A stretch of 64,000 bases of DNA from an uncultured Chloroflexia bacterium (GCA_963712055.1 CAVQGN010000003.1:625114-689113); one strand, 5' to 3'; shown: positions 37,605 through 46,840, counted from the first letter of the stretch. Made by a program: numbers and translations. The notes: a model not told the origin generated them from the sequence alone.

Positions 37605-40600
37605 TCACGAGAGCGTAGAGGACGTGCGCTCGAAGCGCATCATCCGTTCGAGTAGGGCGCGGACATCAGCGTCATCAACGACCTGGTGTTCCTCGTTCGC
37701 CAGGGCGAGGAGCGCAACGGAAACGATATCAACGTCCGGTCGACCAGTGGTTTCGGCAATGTACCCCTGATCTACGAGGTAGTTCTCGAGATCATCGATC
37801 TTGGTGCTCCGGAAACCCCTGCATTCTCCCGCGTGGAGCGCCGTGACAAGTCTTTTTCCATCCCAGGCGTGCGCTTCGGCCAATGAAAGCACGCGGTCCC
37901 GGGTCGATGGCGTCACCGCACCTGAACGATCCAGCACGCCGACCGTCAATGTAGGTGCGCGACCTTCCCGCCACGCCTCCACGGCTGCGTTCATTACACG
38001 TGCCAGTTGGTGGACACGCCAGTTGAGCTCCTCGAATCCTTCGATCCGCGGTGCAAGCCGACTACCCATTTCGCGGTATTGCCCGTAGGTGGTGATCTGG
38101 AGTTGCCGGAGGTCGAGAAGCGTGGGCACCTCAGTGATGAAATACCAGAGATCAACGCTCTCAGGAATGGCCTCCCACGGATCGAGCGGGGCGACGTTCA
38201 GGAGTGCACCCGCGCTCTCGTGGTCGGTCCCAGGTGGCAACGTCACGACGTCGAACAATCGCCGATCGACATTGAAAGGCTCGGCCGCCGGTGCGCCGGT
38301 GGCGGTTTTCGTCAGGTCGATGACTGTGCTGGGACAGACTCCGTTCAATCGATCAAGTCGGTCTGTCCACTTTGCGACTTCGTCCGGTTGTGCCGTGAAA
38401 TAGAGTATCTGCCGGCCGTTCCTGGAGATGTCAATGGTCGCGTCGATGATGGCATTGGCACGAACATCGTCGGAGTTCCCCAGTGTCTCATCCAGGATCA
38501 AGGGCAACCGCACACCTTGTTCGAAGGTCTCGATAAAGGCAAGCCGAACTGCCAGCAATAACTGCACCCGGGTCCCGCTCGAAAGCTGATCGAGTGAGCG
38601 AGTCCGCCCGGTCGGCGTATGAATCGCGACAAATTCGTCTTCCCCGACATGGTCGATCTCGAGGCGGAATTCCCCCGATGTGAACCGGACGAAATAGTCG
38701 TTTGCGGCGGTGAAGACCTGCGGTCGGTCGATATCACGAGTCCGTCTGTGGATGAAGTCGCCGAGCAGCCATCCGGCTGCCTGCTCGTAGTCTTTTTCCC
38801 GGGCCCCTCGCATGACGTCGAGCGCTTGCTCTTCAGCCTCGAGCGCTTGCTCAAGTCGTGACGCCGTTTTCGCTTGCCGGACTTCGAATTCGATCGACGT
38901 GATCTCGGCCTGAAGCTCGTCTCGCTGGTTTGCCAGCAGTTGCACCTCTCCTAATTCCGCTACCAGGTTGCCCCGATCCTCGAACGCTAGTTGAGGAACA
39001 TGGTCAATCCGAGTTTTCGCCTCCGCCAAGCGGGTTTTTTGATTCGTCACCTCGATGAATGCTGTTTGGAAAGCGGGAACCTGTTCGCAGAGACGTTGAA
39101 GGGAGAGCGTGTCACCTGGATCGAGCTGAACCCCGGCATATATGGCCTCGATCTCCGCAAGCGTCCGGTCACGATCGGGACGATGCTGTTGCTCGATCTG
39201 TCTCCGAGCATGCTCTTGCTGACGCAATGCCTCACGAGCCTGAGAAAGACGCTTGGCAAGATCCTCGATCGAGGCTTCCGCACCAATTCCATCATCAACG
39301 GGGGGATCACCAAACCGTTCAAGATCATCGTTGATCAGAGCGAGCGTTTCCGCGATCTCGGCGCGGAGTTTCTCGACCTCGGCCCGCGTGATCGTGAGAC
39401 GATCCATCGCTTCCCGCCAGGACACTATTGCGTCGACCAGTGCCCGCAGGTTTTCGGCATCCAGCGGAACGGGAATCCCAAGTTCATGCTGCAGCGCATC
39501 GCGTCTTGCTTCGAGTTCGATCCTATCCTGATACGCCCGTTGCCGATCTTCTTCGAGCGAACTCCACTTGAGGGCTCGTTCTCTGGCTAATTGCGCGGCG
39601 GAAAGTTGCCGATGCAGATCATCGAAACGATCGAGCAGCGCATCTTCAGTCCAGCGCACCGGAGGCGGCAACCCAAGCTGGGAATATCGTTGCTCGATGC
39701 GGCGAGCCTGATCGGCAGTAGCCGGTTCGGGTTGTCGCAAGGCGAAAATGACAAATGGCAGCGCCAGCAATCCGGCAGCTCCGTAAATCGGTTCGATCCG
39801 CAGCGCCAGCAGTATCCCGAGGCCGACGATAACCGCTGCGGCGGCCAATAGCGCCAACTGTGATTCCCGCTCCAGTTTGACCCGATCGCTATCTCCAGCG
39901 ATCAGGATCCGAGCGGCTAGCAACCGGATACCGTCCTGGAGATCCTCGAGATTCGATTGCGCATCCGTCGTGCCAAGCCACTGCTGCAGCTCATTCAGAT
40001 TGAGAAGACTGCTTGAAGCCAGTTCGGAATCCCGCACCAACTCGCTCAGTACAGCGAGTTGTCGATGATCGATCGCCCGCGCCTCGTTGTCGTCGAGCAG
40101 ATCGCCGATCTGGCGACGTCGATCGATGGCGATCGTGGTGCTCCTCGAGACCTCTGTCTCGGCCGGTTGCAGTGCAGTGGTTGCTGCCAGGAGTCGGTTC
40201 AGTCTCTGGCGCAGGGTGGGAATAAGGGTTTCGGAAGGCAACTCGACGCCAAGACCAGCTGCTGCGAAATTCGATTCAGCGGTCTGAACGACTCGTTCCT
40301 CCTCTGCCAAGCGTTGGTCGAGCTTTTCCAGTTCATCTTGCAAGCGCTGCACATCTTCGAACTCGTTCCCGGTCATCTGCCCAAGGAGTGGATCGAATTG
40401 GTCGAGAACCGCTTCCGCCTCGAGGAGTGACTGCACTCGGTCGGCGTACGCGATCGCATCCTGCAGCACACGAATCCTCTCGCCTGCGCGAATTGCAGCG
40501 GTCTGTTGCACTTTCAGGTGAGCGAGCTCACCCTCCCGGCGCTGCAGATTGGCGTTTTCGTTCTGGAGCTGCCGGGTGCGGCTACGGGCAGCGTCATACG

Positions 40601-41087
40601 CTTTGCTGGTCGGTCGAAGTTTCGGCTCCGCCAACCCAAGATTGCTGGAGCTGCGAGCACTCGCCAGATCATAGCCACCGGCTGATTCCCGCTGGATCGC
40701 TTTCACGAAATCGCGATTGTTGGCCTGCAAGAGATGCTGCAAGGTCAGTAGATAACGGTCACGTTGAGCGGCTGTAACTCCGGCCACCTGGAGCGGATAC
40801 GAGGGTGATCCGTCACGCAGAAACTGGGTGCCCATTTCCGTGGAGGAAATCTGCCACTGTTCGCCGCCAACATCGAGTTCACCGGAAATCGACGTAGCAC
40901 CGGAGCGCAATTCCGGCCAGAGAAGCACCTGCAGCATTTCGGCAGTGCGCGATTTTCCGGCGGCATTCGGTCCATGGATCAGGTTGACACCAACGCAAAG
41001 ATCAGCGAGGCGCAACGGAGCCGAAAGTCCGTCGAGTTGGTTGATCGTGATTCCCGTGATGACGAGAGGGCGAGCACTCGATTCCAT
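37605..41087 (-). CDS. YhaN/SbcE-like SMC-type ATPase (SbcC/Rad50 superfamily) with two central TM helices and a C-terminal extension
   Basis: Walker A is GPNAAGKS, the signature is LSSGT, and Walker B is LILDE. A long coiled coil lies between them. Two hydrophobic helices (LALLAAAAVIVGLGILLAL and IYGAAGLLALPFVIFAL) are present. The start at ATG 41087 forms an ATGA overlap with the nuclease stop. Confidence 0.85.
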   Translation of the reverse strand: MESSARPLVITGITINQLDGLSAPLRLADLCVGVNLIHGPNAAGKSRTAEMLQVLLWPELRSGATSISGELDVGGEQWQISSTEMGTQFLRDGSPSYPLQVAGVTAAQRDRYLLTLQHLLQANNRDFVKAIQRESAGGYDLASARSSSNLGLAEPKLRPTSKAYDAARSRTRQLQNENANLQRREGELAHLKVQQTAAIRAGERIRVLQDAIAYADRVQSLLEAEAVLDQFDPLLGQMTGNEFEDVQRLQDELEKLDQRLAEEERVVQTAESNFAAAGLGVELPSETLIPTLRQRLNRLLAATTALQPAETEVSRSTTIAIDRRRQIGDLLDDNEARAIDHRQLAVLSELVRDSELASSSLLNLNELQQWLGTTDAQSNLEDLQDGIRLLAARILIAGDSDRVKLERESQLALLAAAAVIVGLGILLALRIEPIYGAAGLLALPFVIFALRQPEPATADQARRIEQRYSQLGLPPPVRWTEDALLDRFDDLHRQLSAAQLARERALKWSSLEEDRQRAYQDRIELEARRDALQHELGIPVPLDAENLRALVDAIVSWREAMDRLTITRAEVEKLRAEIAETLALINDDLERFGDPPVDDGIGAEASIEDLAKRLSQAREALRQQEHARRQIEQQHRPDRDRTLAEIEAIYAGVQLDPGDTLSLQRLCEQVPAFQTAFIEVTNQKTRLAEAKTRIDHVPQLAFEDRGNLVAELGEVQLLANQRDELQAEITSIEFEVRQAKTASRLEQALEAEEQALDVMRGAREKDYEQAAGWLLGDFIHRRTRDIDRPQVFTAANDYFVRFTSGEFRLEIDHVGEDEFVAIHTPTGRTRSLDQLSSGTRVQLLLAVRLAFIETFEQGVRLPLILDETLGNSDDVRANAIIDATIDISRNGRQILYFTAQPDEVAKWTDRLDRLNGVCPSTVIDLTKTATGAPAAEPFNVDRRLFDVVTLPPGTDHESAGALLNVAPLDPWEAIPESVDLWYFITEVPTLLDLRQLQITTYGQYREMGSRLAPRIEGFEELNWRVHQLARVMNAAVEAWREGRAPTLTVGVLDRSGAVTPSTRDRVLSLAEAHAWDGKRLVTALHAGECRGFRSTKIDDLENYLVDQGYIAETTGRPDVDIVSVALLALANEEHQVVDDADVRALLERMMRFERTSSTLS

Positions 41088-42391
41088 CACGCAGGGTCCT
41101 TTTGTGCCAGTAAGGCCGACAACAATGACCACCCCTGGCGCAGCAACACTTCACGTGCGTCGTCATCGGTTGGCCCTGCGGTTTCACTCGCGACGGGGTC
41201 GGCAAGCAGCGGGGCGTAACCCAAATGACCATGGATCAGCTCGAGTCGTTTCTTCGTTTGCTCGAGGAGAGTGGCGTGATGACGTTCCAAAGGCAGGTCT
41301 GAATTCAACGCAACGAGAAGGCGCGCGGTCTCTGCGAGTGGCCCCGTCCCGCTTTCGAGTCTTTCCAGGTTGACCGGTGGTCTGACTGCAACGGAAAACG
41401 TATCGAGCTCGATCCGAACCGCGTCAACACTGAACTCCAGTAGATCAGCTCTCGCCCGCTCAGTCCAGGCCTCGATTGAAGTCGCTACCGGTGACGTTCC
41501 ATGAACGTGGATTCGGCACGAAACCGTTCGCAACACACCACGATTGTTGTTTTCCAGGGCAGTTCGTCCAATTTCGCCAAGCCGAGCGGTCAACCGCTGC
41601 TGGAATCCGACTTCGTCCTCCACCCCCGTAACGTCGCACGCGGTTTCGACATAGCGGATCGGAGCATGTTCGATTTGTTCCACTTTGACCGGCTGCCCTG
41701 GTTCGAAAGTCATCAGCCAGACGCCATGAACCCCGGGTTCGCCTGGGTCCATTGGCAGCGGCGAACCGGGATAGAGCGCAACTCGTCCAGCCGGGCCTTC
41801 GAAACGCTGCGGACGATGAATATGGCCCAGCAACCAGGCATCGACCTCGGTTGCCCAGAAATCAGTGAGCATCACCGGGGCATAGTTACTTTTTGATATC
41901 GGGACGTCAGCATGGAGGAGACCGAGAAGCGGTGTTCCGGGCGAGTCAGCAGCCGAAAAAGAATGGAGCGGGTTGTGCGTGACCCGTTCCTGGGGAAACG
42001 ACCAGCCGACAACTGACAGGGCAACGGCACCATCAACTAGGAGATCGAAGCGCTCCCAGCGTCCGCCCTGTCCGAGTAGACGGAAATCGTCGTTATCGAC
42101 GATCGTTGCTAAACGACTTAGTGTGTCGTGATCATGATTGCCTGCGACCGCGACAATCGGAATCCTCGCTTCAGCCAATCGTCGTATTCCGGACTGAAGC
42201 GGACCGATTGCTTCATAGGTTGCGTTTTCCTTGTCGAGGAGATCACCACTCAGGGCGAGGAGATCGACTTGCTCCTCGATCGCGCAATCGACGATTCGTG
42301 ACCAGGCGTCAGCAGTGCGATGAACATCGCGAACTTTCGACGAGCGGCGACCGATATGGATATCGCCTGAACAGAGGACTCTGACGGCCAT
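41087..42391 (-). CDS. YhaO/SbcF-like Mre11/SbcD-family metallophosphoesterase nuclease
   Basis: GDIHIG, SGDLLD, GNHDHD, LLHAD and LGHIH are the five phosphoesterase motifs, in SbcD order. Confidence 0.85.
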   Translation of the reverse strand: MAVRVLCSGDIHIGRRSSKVRDVHRTADAWSRIVDCAIEEQVDLLALSGDLLDKENATYEAIGPLQSGIRRLAEARIPIVAVAGNHDHDTLSRLATIVDNDDFRLLGQGGRWERFDLLVDGAVALSVVGWSFPQERVTHNPLHSFSAADSPGTPLLGLLHADVPISKSNYAPVMLTDFWATEVDAWLLGHIHRPQRFEGPAGRVALYPGSPLPMDPGEPGVHGVWLMTFEPGQPVKVEQIEHAPIRYVETACDVTGVEDEVGFQQRLTARLGEIGRTALENNNRGVLRTVSCRIHVHGTSPVATSIEAWTERARADLLEFSVDAVRIELDTFSVAVRPPVNLERLESGTGPLAETARLLVALNSDLPLERHHATLLEQTKKRLELIHGHLGYAPLLADPVASETAGPTDDDAREVLLRQGWSLLSALLAQKDPA

Positions 42392-42647
42392 CAGACCTCA
42401 TCCCTTGGTGAACCGCGAACCAGGAAAACGTCGTGTCTCAAGGACAGTACCGAATATTGAAACAGAACCCAAAACACTATTCGGGACCCTCTCCTCACGT
42501 TTCAATCTACGTGGATTCCGGTCCCAAATCGAGGTTCAGCAGCAGCGTACTGACCGTGACGACGATAGCCGAGGCGCCTATGAGAATCGCGCAGGTCGAG
42601 TCGTTCCGGGCTGTCAGAATCTCCCGCCCGCAGGCGCGGAAGCTCGA

Positions 42648-42869
42648 TCATGGAGTCTGAACTGGATAGCCTTCCTCGGATAGCGCGGTTTCGATCTGGG
42701 CCATCGTGACTTGATTGAAATCGGCTTCGATATCGACGGTCTTTGTTGCCGATGACGGTTTGACGGCGACCACGCCCGGCAGCGCGCCGACAACCCGCGA
42801 AATCGCCGCTTCACAATGCCCGCAAGAGATATCAGGAACCGACAAGTGGATGGTGGTGGTCGTGCTCAT
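42648..42869 (-). CDS. copZ: heavy-metal-associated (HMA) copper chaperone
   Basis: 73 aa with the metal-binding motif CGHC in VPDISCGHCEAAI and a ferredoxin-like HMA layout. Confidence 0.85.
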   Translation of the reverse strand: MSTTTTIHLSVPDISCGHCEAAISRVVGALPGVVAVKPSSATKTVDIEADFNQVTMAQIETALSEEGYPVQTP

Positions 42870-42913
42870 GTACGACGTGTCCTTTCCGGATGAGCCAGAG
42901 GTTGTTCGGTCGA

Positions 42914-42933
42914 ATTATACCCTATAGGGGTAT
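42914..42933 (-). promoter_or_regulatory. CsoR-type operator overlapping the -10 element of the copZ promoter
   Basis: ATACCCTATAGGGGTAT (42917-42933) is a near-palindrome of the ATACCC-N-GGGGTAT CsoR-box type. The minus strand reads ...ATACCCCTATAGGGTATAAT, with TATAAT at 42914-42919. Confidence 0.55.
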
Positions 42934-42992
42934 CTTTTTGAAGTGCGATTGCGTCGCGTTCATTCAACACGCTCTCATGGCCGCCGACTTGA

Positions 42993-43048
42993 GCTATCGT
43001 CTAACAGAAGAATAACTTTATATTTTATTAATTATATGCTATCGTCTA
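42993..43048. repeat. direct repeat GCTATCGTCTA (two copies, 45 nt apart) bracketing a very AT-rich spacer
   Basis: GCTATCGTCTAACAGAAG at 42993 and GCTATCGTCTAGCAAGAG at 43038. The spacer is AATAACTTTATATTTTATTAATTATAT. Confidence 0.5.
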
Positions 43049-43080
43049 GCAAGAGAACTTGACCCGCGCACTTTCACTCT

Positions 43081-43757
43081 CCTTGCATTCGGGGGCGCTA
43101 GTTGTTACACGCGAGTCAGTGGCAGGGCTTGCAGATTCGAAGGTACTGATACCCTGTACCGGAAATGCATATCACTCGGTATGTAATTGCCAATAGAAGA
43201 GTCGATAAGGTCTGGACGCAGGCGTTCCGGTCAACCGACGTGGATGCAGAGGTTGTCACTCGCCAGTTTGGGGGAATTCGCGAAGCGGCATTGGCGAACT
43301 CAGCAACGAAGGTTTCACCGGCATCCCGGAAATCACCTATTCGATAAGCATGCGCTACCTTGGCCAGAACTATGAACACGAGGTGCAATCGATCCGCAGG
43401 CTTTGACTGCTGAAGGACTCTCGACTGCTATGAAGCTTTGTGGCCACGCATGAGCATCTAGGTATTCGTGCAAAGAGGAAGTTATGAATGTGTGTTTCAC
43501 GTACGGCGGCGGTAAGCGGGCTCCGCGTTAGTTGCCACGTTGTCGAAGAGATCTGCGCGAAAGAGCACCGCGGAATGTTCAGTTTCGTGGTCGGGGATGG
43601 CTCCTCAGAGTTATCTCCGCTATTCACTCGAACCGGTTTCGAGTTCGGCGGACCGGCGGTCATCGAGGAACCTGGCGCAACAACCTGGTCGAGCTGGCAT
43701 GACCGGCGTGATCTTCCGGATGGACAGATTCTGATCGATACTCGCTGGAGAAGTTGA
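43081..43757 (+). pseudogene. hydantoinase/oxoprolinase A (HyuA) C-terminal remnant with stops and frameshifts
   Basis: Fragments lie in different frames: LAFGGAS, MRYLGQNYEHEV, FVATHEHLG and GPAVIEEPGATTW. These match the C-terminal third of HyuA, interrupted by several stops. Confidence 0.6.
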
Positions 43758-43777
43758 GCGCGGGAAGGAGCAAAGCA

Positions 43778-44500
43778 GTGACGGCTATTGATCCGGTCAC
43801 GCTGACAGTGATCGATAACTACATGACGTCACCTGTCGTGACATGGGTGTGACGATGATGAAAACAAGCTATTCGCGATCTTCAACGAATCGCTTGACTT
43901 CTCCTGCGTGATCTTCGATCGAAGGGCAGATGTTGGCGCAGCAGAGTTCTGCCCTCGCAGATCGGCACAATCAAGTTCACGTCAACTGGACCCTCGAGAA
44001 CTGATGGTCATGTGAACGTTTGCAACCATCAACAAGTTTTCGAAACGAGGTATCCCGCGTTCCTGATCGAGAACTATCGGCTCCTGCCCGACTCAGGCGG
44101 TCCTGGTCAATGGCGCGGAGGACTCGGTGGTGAGCGAATCCTTTCCGTTCAAACCGAAGTCACGGTAAGTGCACTTCTGAATCGCATGAAAACCGACCCT
44201 TGGGGAGTCCTCGACGGAAGCGCTGGTGACCGGGGCGGTCTCTGGGTCAAGCTTCGTGGGGAATCGGAATGGCGCACGTTTGTCGACGCCTTTGGGACCC
44301 ATTCTCCATCAAAGTTTTCTGGAATCACCTTGCATCCCGGAGATCAGGTGAAGATCCAGATGCCTGGAGGCGGAGGGTACGGTCCAGTCAAGTCACGCGA
44401 TCAGAACTTGATCGAACGCGACTTGGATAACGGGTTTATCACCCTCGAAGGCGCGAGAAGATCCTATGGCTATGGGACGAATTCGGGAGTCGATGACTGA
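43778..44500 (+). pseudogene. hydantoinase B/oxoprolinase (HyuB) remnant: N-terminal fragment with frameshifts, a large internal deletion, and an intact C-terminal part
   Basis: VTAIDPVTLTVIDNYM and SLDFSCVIFD are N-terminal HyuB fragments in shifted frames. An open frame follows with ETRYPAFLIENYRLLPDSGGPGQWRGGLG...GGGGYG, the HyuB C-terminus. Confidence 0.7.
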
Positions 44501-44742
44501 TGAGCAACGCAAAAGACCCGACCACGCCGAGCGAGGGATGGATTACGCCACGCGTAAGTTATGTGAATCCGGCTAGGATTCATTGCCGGTTCTGTGGAAG
44601 CCCGATTCCTCGGCGCTATTGGTTTGTGGGTGAAGCTGCAAATAGTGGATTCTTCTGCAATCCCGAGCACGCCGAGATGTTTCTGTCCTACTCAATCCCC
44701 ATCTGGGGAAACGAGATGGTTGTTGAGGCAGTGAGCGACTAA
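44500..44742 (+). CDS. small putative zinc-binding protein (80 aa)
   Basis: A CxxC...CxxxH pattern is present (CRFCGSPIP...FFCNPEH). The start overlaps the hyuB-remnant stop (TGATG). The position resembles the small subunit of hydantoinase/acetone-carboxylase-type operons. Confidence 0.4.
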   Translation: MSNAKDPTTPSEGWITPRVSYVNPARIHCRFCGSPIPRRYWFVGEAANSGFFCNPEHAEMFLSYSIPIWGNEMVVEAVSD

Positions 44743-44833
44743 CGAATGGATTTGGCGAGAGGGATGCACTTGTGAGGAGTGAATCCGCCGGCCCACCGTC
44801 CTCCTCACCGACTACGCGTGGCCGAGTCTCGCG

Positions 44834-45772
44834 GTGGAGCGGTCGGTGCTTGATCCTGCCGGAATCGAATTGCTGGTTGCCGATGTTGGCGATGAACCGG
44901 AACTGGTGCGCCTGGCACCGGGAGTCGACGCGATTCTGACTTGCTGGAACGAGGTGCCGGCGTCGGTTCTCGATGTTGCATCCACTTGCAAGGTCGTTTC
45001 CACCTATGGCATTGGCGTCGACAATATCGCGGTCGATCGCGCGACCGAACTCGGTATTCTGGTCACGAACGTCCCTGACTACTGTCTCGACGAGGTTTCA
45101 GATCACGCGATGGCATTGCTGCTGGCCTGTGCTCGCCGGATCGTACCGTTCGCGATCGAGAGTCGGCAGGGTCTCTGGCAGCCGGGACCAGCTCAGGGTC
45201 TCCACCGGCTCCGCGGTCGTCGTCTCGGGCTGATCGGATTTGGCGCGATCGCCCGGGCGCTCGTTCCCAAAGCCCGCGGGTTTGGAATGGAGATTCTCGC
45301 GTACACACCGCGACTGACCGGGAACGATCTCCCCGACGGTGTCACGGCAACCAACGATCTTGACGACCTCCTTTCGACCTCCGATTTCGTGTCGATCCAT
45401 GCACCCTCAACGCCGGCCACCCATCACCTGATTAACGCCGCTGCTCTGTCCCAAATGCAATCTCATGCGTGGTTGATCAACACATCTCGCGGAGCATTGA
45501 TTGATGAAAACGCGCTTGTCGAAGCACTTACCGATAATCGCATCGCCGGCGCAGCCCTGGATGTCCTGACCCAGGAACCAGCTGATCCCACTTCTCCCCT
45601 GCTCGCTCTCCCGAACGTCATCGTCACGCCCCATGTCGCCTTCTCATCCCAGGATTCTGTCGAGGAACTGCAGCGCCGCGCGGCTGAACATGTGGTGTAC
45701 ACGCTTCGTGGCGATCCCCCGCCCCATATCGTCAATCCCGAGGTCTTGCAGCGAGCAAACTGTCGCCTCTAG
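44834..45772 (+). CDS. D-isomer-specific 2-hydroxyacid dehydrogenase (PGDH/GyaR-like)
   Basis: GLIGFGAIARAL is the NAD GxGxxG motif, with NTSRGALID and the His in the PHVAF context. The N-terminus appears clipped; see findings. Confidence 0.85.
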   Translation: MERSVLDPAGIELLVADVGDEPELVRLAPGVDAILTCWNEVPASVLDVASTCKVVSTYGIGVDNIAVDRATELGILVTNVPDYCLDEVSDHAMALLLACARRIVPFAIESRQGLWQPGPAQGLHRLRGRRLGLIGFGAIARALVPKARGFGMEILAYTPRLTGNDLPDGVTATNDLDDLLSTSDFVSIHAPSTPATHHLINAAALSQMQSHAWLINTSRGALIDENALVEALTDNRIAGAALDVLTQEPADPTSPLLALPNVIVTPHVAFSSQDSVEELQRRAAEHVVYTLRGDPPPHIVNPEVLQRANCRL

Positions 45773-45836
45773 ACCAGTGGCAGACGGCACTGGAGAGCTG
45801 ATTGCTGTTCAGTACGTGCTCATCAAGTCGACTCGT

Positions 45837-46040
45837 ATGGAGGATCGAGCCGAAGACTATCAACTCTTCTGGTCCCATCGTGACGCGGAATATGTCTTTG
45901 TGATTAGTGGCGACAACCTTGCCGACATCTCGGTTTTCATGGAAATCTTGTCTCAGAGTCTTTCTGAAATGCCAGAATGCGCAGACCAACAGAATATTGA
46001 GGGAATGGGCTACGGCTCAATTGGAGGTCTATCGACATGA
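45837..46040 (+). CDS. hypothetical small protein (67 aa)
   Basis: An ATG ORF whose stop overlaps the SDR start (ATGA at 46037-46040). I recognise no family, and the local GC looks lower. Confidence 0.3.
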   Translation: MEDRAEDYQLFWSHRDAEYVFVISGDNLADISVFMEILSQSLSEMPECADQQNIEGMGYGSIGGLST

Positions 46041-46112
46041 CAACCACGCTTTTCGATCTGACCGGAAAGACCGCGATCGTGACCGGGGGGTCGCGTGGAA
46101 TTGGGCGCGGGA
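46027..46112 (+). repeat. partner of the inverted repeat at 26176-26262 (the native 5' end of the SDR gene)
   Basis: See 26176-26262. Confidence 0.75.
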
Positions 46113-46840
46113 TCGCCTTGCGACTGGCGGAAGCGGGGGCGGGAGTGGCGGTCAATTTCCACGACCCCGGCGAACTCGAACTCGGGCGGAACAACCGCGA
46201 GGATGCGCGCGAAGTGGTCGAAACGATCACCGCTGCCGGTGGGCAAGCGATTGGTGTCGAAGCCGACGTCGCGAATCAGTTGGCGGTCGATGCGATGGTC
46301 GCGGAGGTCGTCCACGCGTTTGGCCATCTCGACATCCTCGTCAACAACGCCGGGATTTGCCCCTTCCACGAGTTCCTGACCATGCCCCTCGACCTCTGGC
46401 AGACCGTGATGGATGTCAATCTGACCGGGGCCTTTCTCTGTTCGCAGGCCGCCGCCCGGCAGATGGTCGAACAGGAGACGGGTGGTCGGATCATCTCGAT
46501 CAGTTCGATCAGCGCGATGGTTGGGGGAAGTCGCCAGACCCACTACACCCCAACCAAAGCCGGGATTCATTCGCTGATGCAGTCGTTGGCGATCGTGCTC
46601 GGTCCTCATGGGATCACCTGCAACTCGGTCGCACCTGGTGGCGTCGCCACTGATATCAATAAGGAAGACTTCAAGCGACCGGAAACCACCGAACGGATCA
46701 ACAACCGGGTTCCGCTCGGACGGGTCGGCACACCCGACGACATCGCTGGACCAGTGGTCTTCCTGGCTTCAGACGCGGCCCGATACGTAAACGGTTCGCA
46801 GTTGCTGGTCGATGGTGGGATGTTCGTCAATCTTCAATAG
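46037..46840 (+). CDS. SDR family oxidoreductase (FabG-like)
   Basis: TGGSRGIGRGIA is the TGxxxGxG motif. NNAG and the Y..TK catalytic context (HYTPTKAG) are present. 267 aa. Confidence 0.9.
   Translation: MTTTLFDLTGKTAIVTGGSRGIGRGIALRLAEAGAGVAVNFHDPGELELGRNNREDAREVVETITAAGGQAIGVEADVANQLAVDAMVAEVVHAFGHLDILVNNAGICPFHEFLTMPLDLWQTVMDVNLTGAFLCSQAAARQMVEQETGGRIISISSISAMVGGSRQTHYTPTKAGIHSLMQSLAIVLGPHGITCNSVAPGGVATDINKEDFKRPETTERINNRVPLGRVGTPDDIAGPVVFLASDAARYVNGSQLLVDGGMFVNLQ

Noticed and set aside
43491-43506. A third parS-like sequence (TGTTTCACGTACGGCG)
   Set aside because: Only the left half-site matches and the palindrome is lost. It lies inside the hyuA remnant.
45633-45836. 5' part of the 135-aa + ORF overlapping the end of the 2-hydroxyacid dehydrogenase
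   Set aside because: It is an out-of-frame overlap with a well-supported gene. Only the distal 67 codons (45837-46040) are kept, as a low-confidence ORF.
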